Source: Phoronis australis (Eukaryota; Animalia; Phoronida). Taken from it: 64,000 nt of DNA. Shown here piece after piece: positions 62,711-64,000 of this stretch; the first letter of the stretch is position 1; every line of letters starts with the position of its first letter. Made by a program: the position numbers and the translations under genes. The notes under the pieces are model-generated. The model was not told where the DNA came from, did not search any database, and saw only the letters and a program-made list of their open reading frames with translations. The stretch is taken from assembly GCA_002633005.1 (NCBI GenBank), contig NMRA01000126.1:415914-479913 (forward strand), in the 5' to 3' direction.

Positions 62711-63460
62711 CACTTGGGACAAGGAATTTCACGGGTTCTTCACTTCATCCGTCCATATCAAACACAAAACTCAATAAATTTACACAAAACAGGGTTTCAA
62801 CAAACCATTGTTCTTTCTTCTAATACCATTCATGGTGTCCTGCTCCAGCGAGATCGCAACAAATTCGCGGTCAAAGCATAAAAATTTTCCCGAAAAGCCT
62901 ACACATCAGCCCTCCTTTGACGGTTCCAAGGTGAAGAGGTCAAGGGACGGTACGGTAATTGCCAATTTGTCACGGAGTGTCACGACATCGATAACTCCAC
63001 ACTTAGCCGGCAGGAGAAAAACTAAGACTACTTCCGTAAACAAATCCCTGACTTGATGCCTGTGAGTTGTGGAAACATTACATAAAAGTTTATCTAATTA
63101 CCACTGTCCATAATAATAGATCATATAAAAAGGGGCACTGATGAAACCAACTTCTAATTCCGCGTTTTCACATTTTCCACACTTAGCCAGACGATTTAGT
63201 AACCTTCCGTGACAAAATGGTAATTACAGTACCGTCCCTTGACCTCGAACCGTCAAAGGAGGACTGATGCGTTGGCTTTTTTGGAAACATTTTTGTGCTC
63301 TGACCTTGAACTTGTTGTGATCTCGCTGGAGCAGGACACCATGAATGGTATTAGAAGAAAGAACAATTGCTAGAAACCTTGTTTTGTGTAAATTTATTGA
63401 GTTTTGTGTTTGATATGGACGACTGAAGTGAAGCACCCGTGGAATTCCTTGTCCCGAGTG
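62711..63460. mobile_element. CACT-terminus foldback element with ~270-bp inverted arms, in presumed ATP5PO intron 1
   Basis: CACTTGGGACAAGGAATT ... AATTCCTTGTCCCGAGTG; arms about 62711-62985 and 63200-63460 are reverse complements; flanks CAA/CAG are a near 3-bp TSD (CMC/EnSpm-like, inferred). Confidence 0.8.
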
Positions 63461-64000
63461 CAGTGTTCTCCACGGCCTGTTTTAACTCGACGCGTTGAGT
63501 TTAGAAAGTGCTGCGTCAGGTTTGAACTTTTGTCCTGGCTTGGTATTTCAGCCCTCAACACTAAAGCAGCGCCAGATTAACCAAACTCAAGCCCATTACA
63601 GAACTTTAGAGGCAGTCAACACTATATGTATAACTTCGTAAGACACTACAAGAGTTTAAATTTTAATTAACAAAATCTGCAAAAATCTTTAAATAACAAA
63701 CATTTCATGGAGTCACATAGCTTGCTTAATTAACTGACTAATCTACTTTGTCATTCTAACTTTAAAATTTTGCAAGTCAATCTGTAAAAAAGCAATTTAA
63801 TTTGCTTAATAAAGACAATTTTGATTTTGACTGACATCTAGTGGCAAGTTAGAACTTTATGAGCTTATTAAACTTGACAACAGGTGTCACTAAAAACTAG
63901 GTCACATCAGAACTCATGTTAGTAGTACTTAATATGTCTAATTGATATTAAAATTGGCATTGGTATTATTAAAGGAACTTTTGATCTTTTGTTTGCTGCT

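Overview
AT-rich, repeat-dense animal genomic DNA, probably a marine invertebrate deuterostome (inference), with two assembly gaps. I assembled three spliced genes by hand. (1) An 11-exon CRYZL1 (quinone oxidoreductase-like 1 / FERRY Fy-4) orthologue on + (20038-51906, 354 aa), whose intron 9 is a U12-type minor-spliceosome intron. (2) ATP5PO/OSCP on -, with six exons (61343-55882), convergent with CRYZL1; I could not find exon 1 in the window. (3) An intact 5-exon gene nested antisense in CRYZL1 intron 3 (40756-35741), encoding a secreted signal peptide-C-type lectin-TSP1-PAN/Apple protein of about 292 aa. A strong minus-strand micro-exon (11121-11146) hints at a fourth gene divergent from CRYZL1, possibly ITSN by synteny (unproven). 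The rest is transposon material: TA-target Tc1/mariner-pogo-like elements, TTAA-target Kolobok-like MITEs, a solo LTR, HINE/Helentron-like arrays with CTCF-like motifs, CACT foldback elements, THAP and Tx1/L1 remnants, minisatellites and a haplotype-like duplication across a gap. Most ORFs in the six-frame track are spurious. I found no clear new multi-gene system; the nested lectin gene and its transposon nesting are the best leads.
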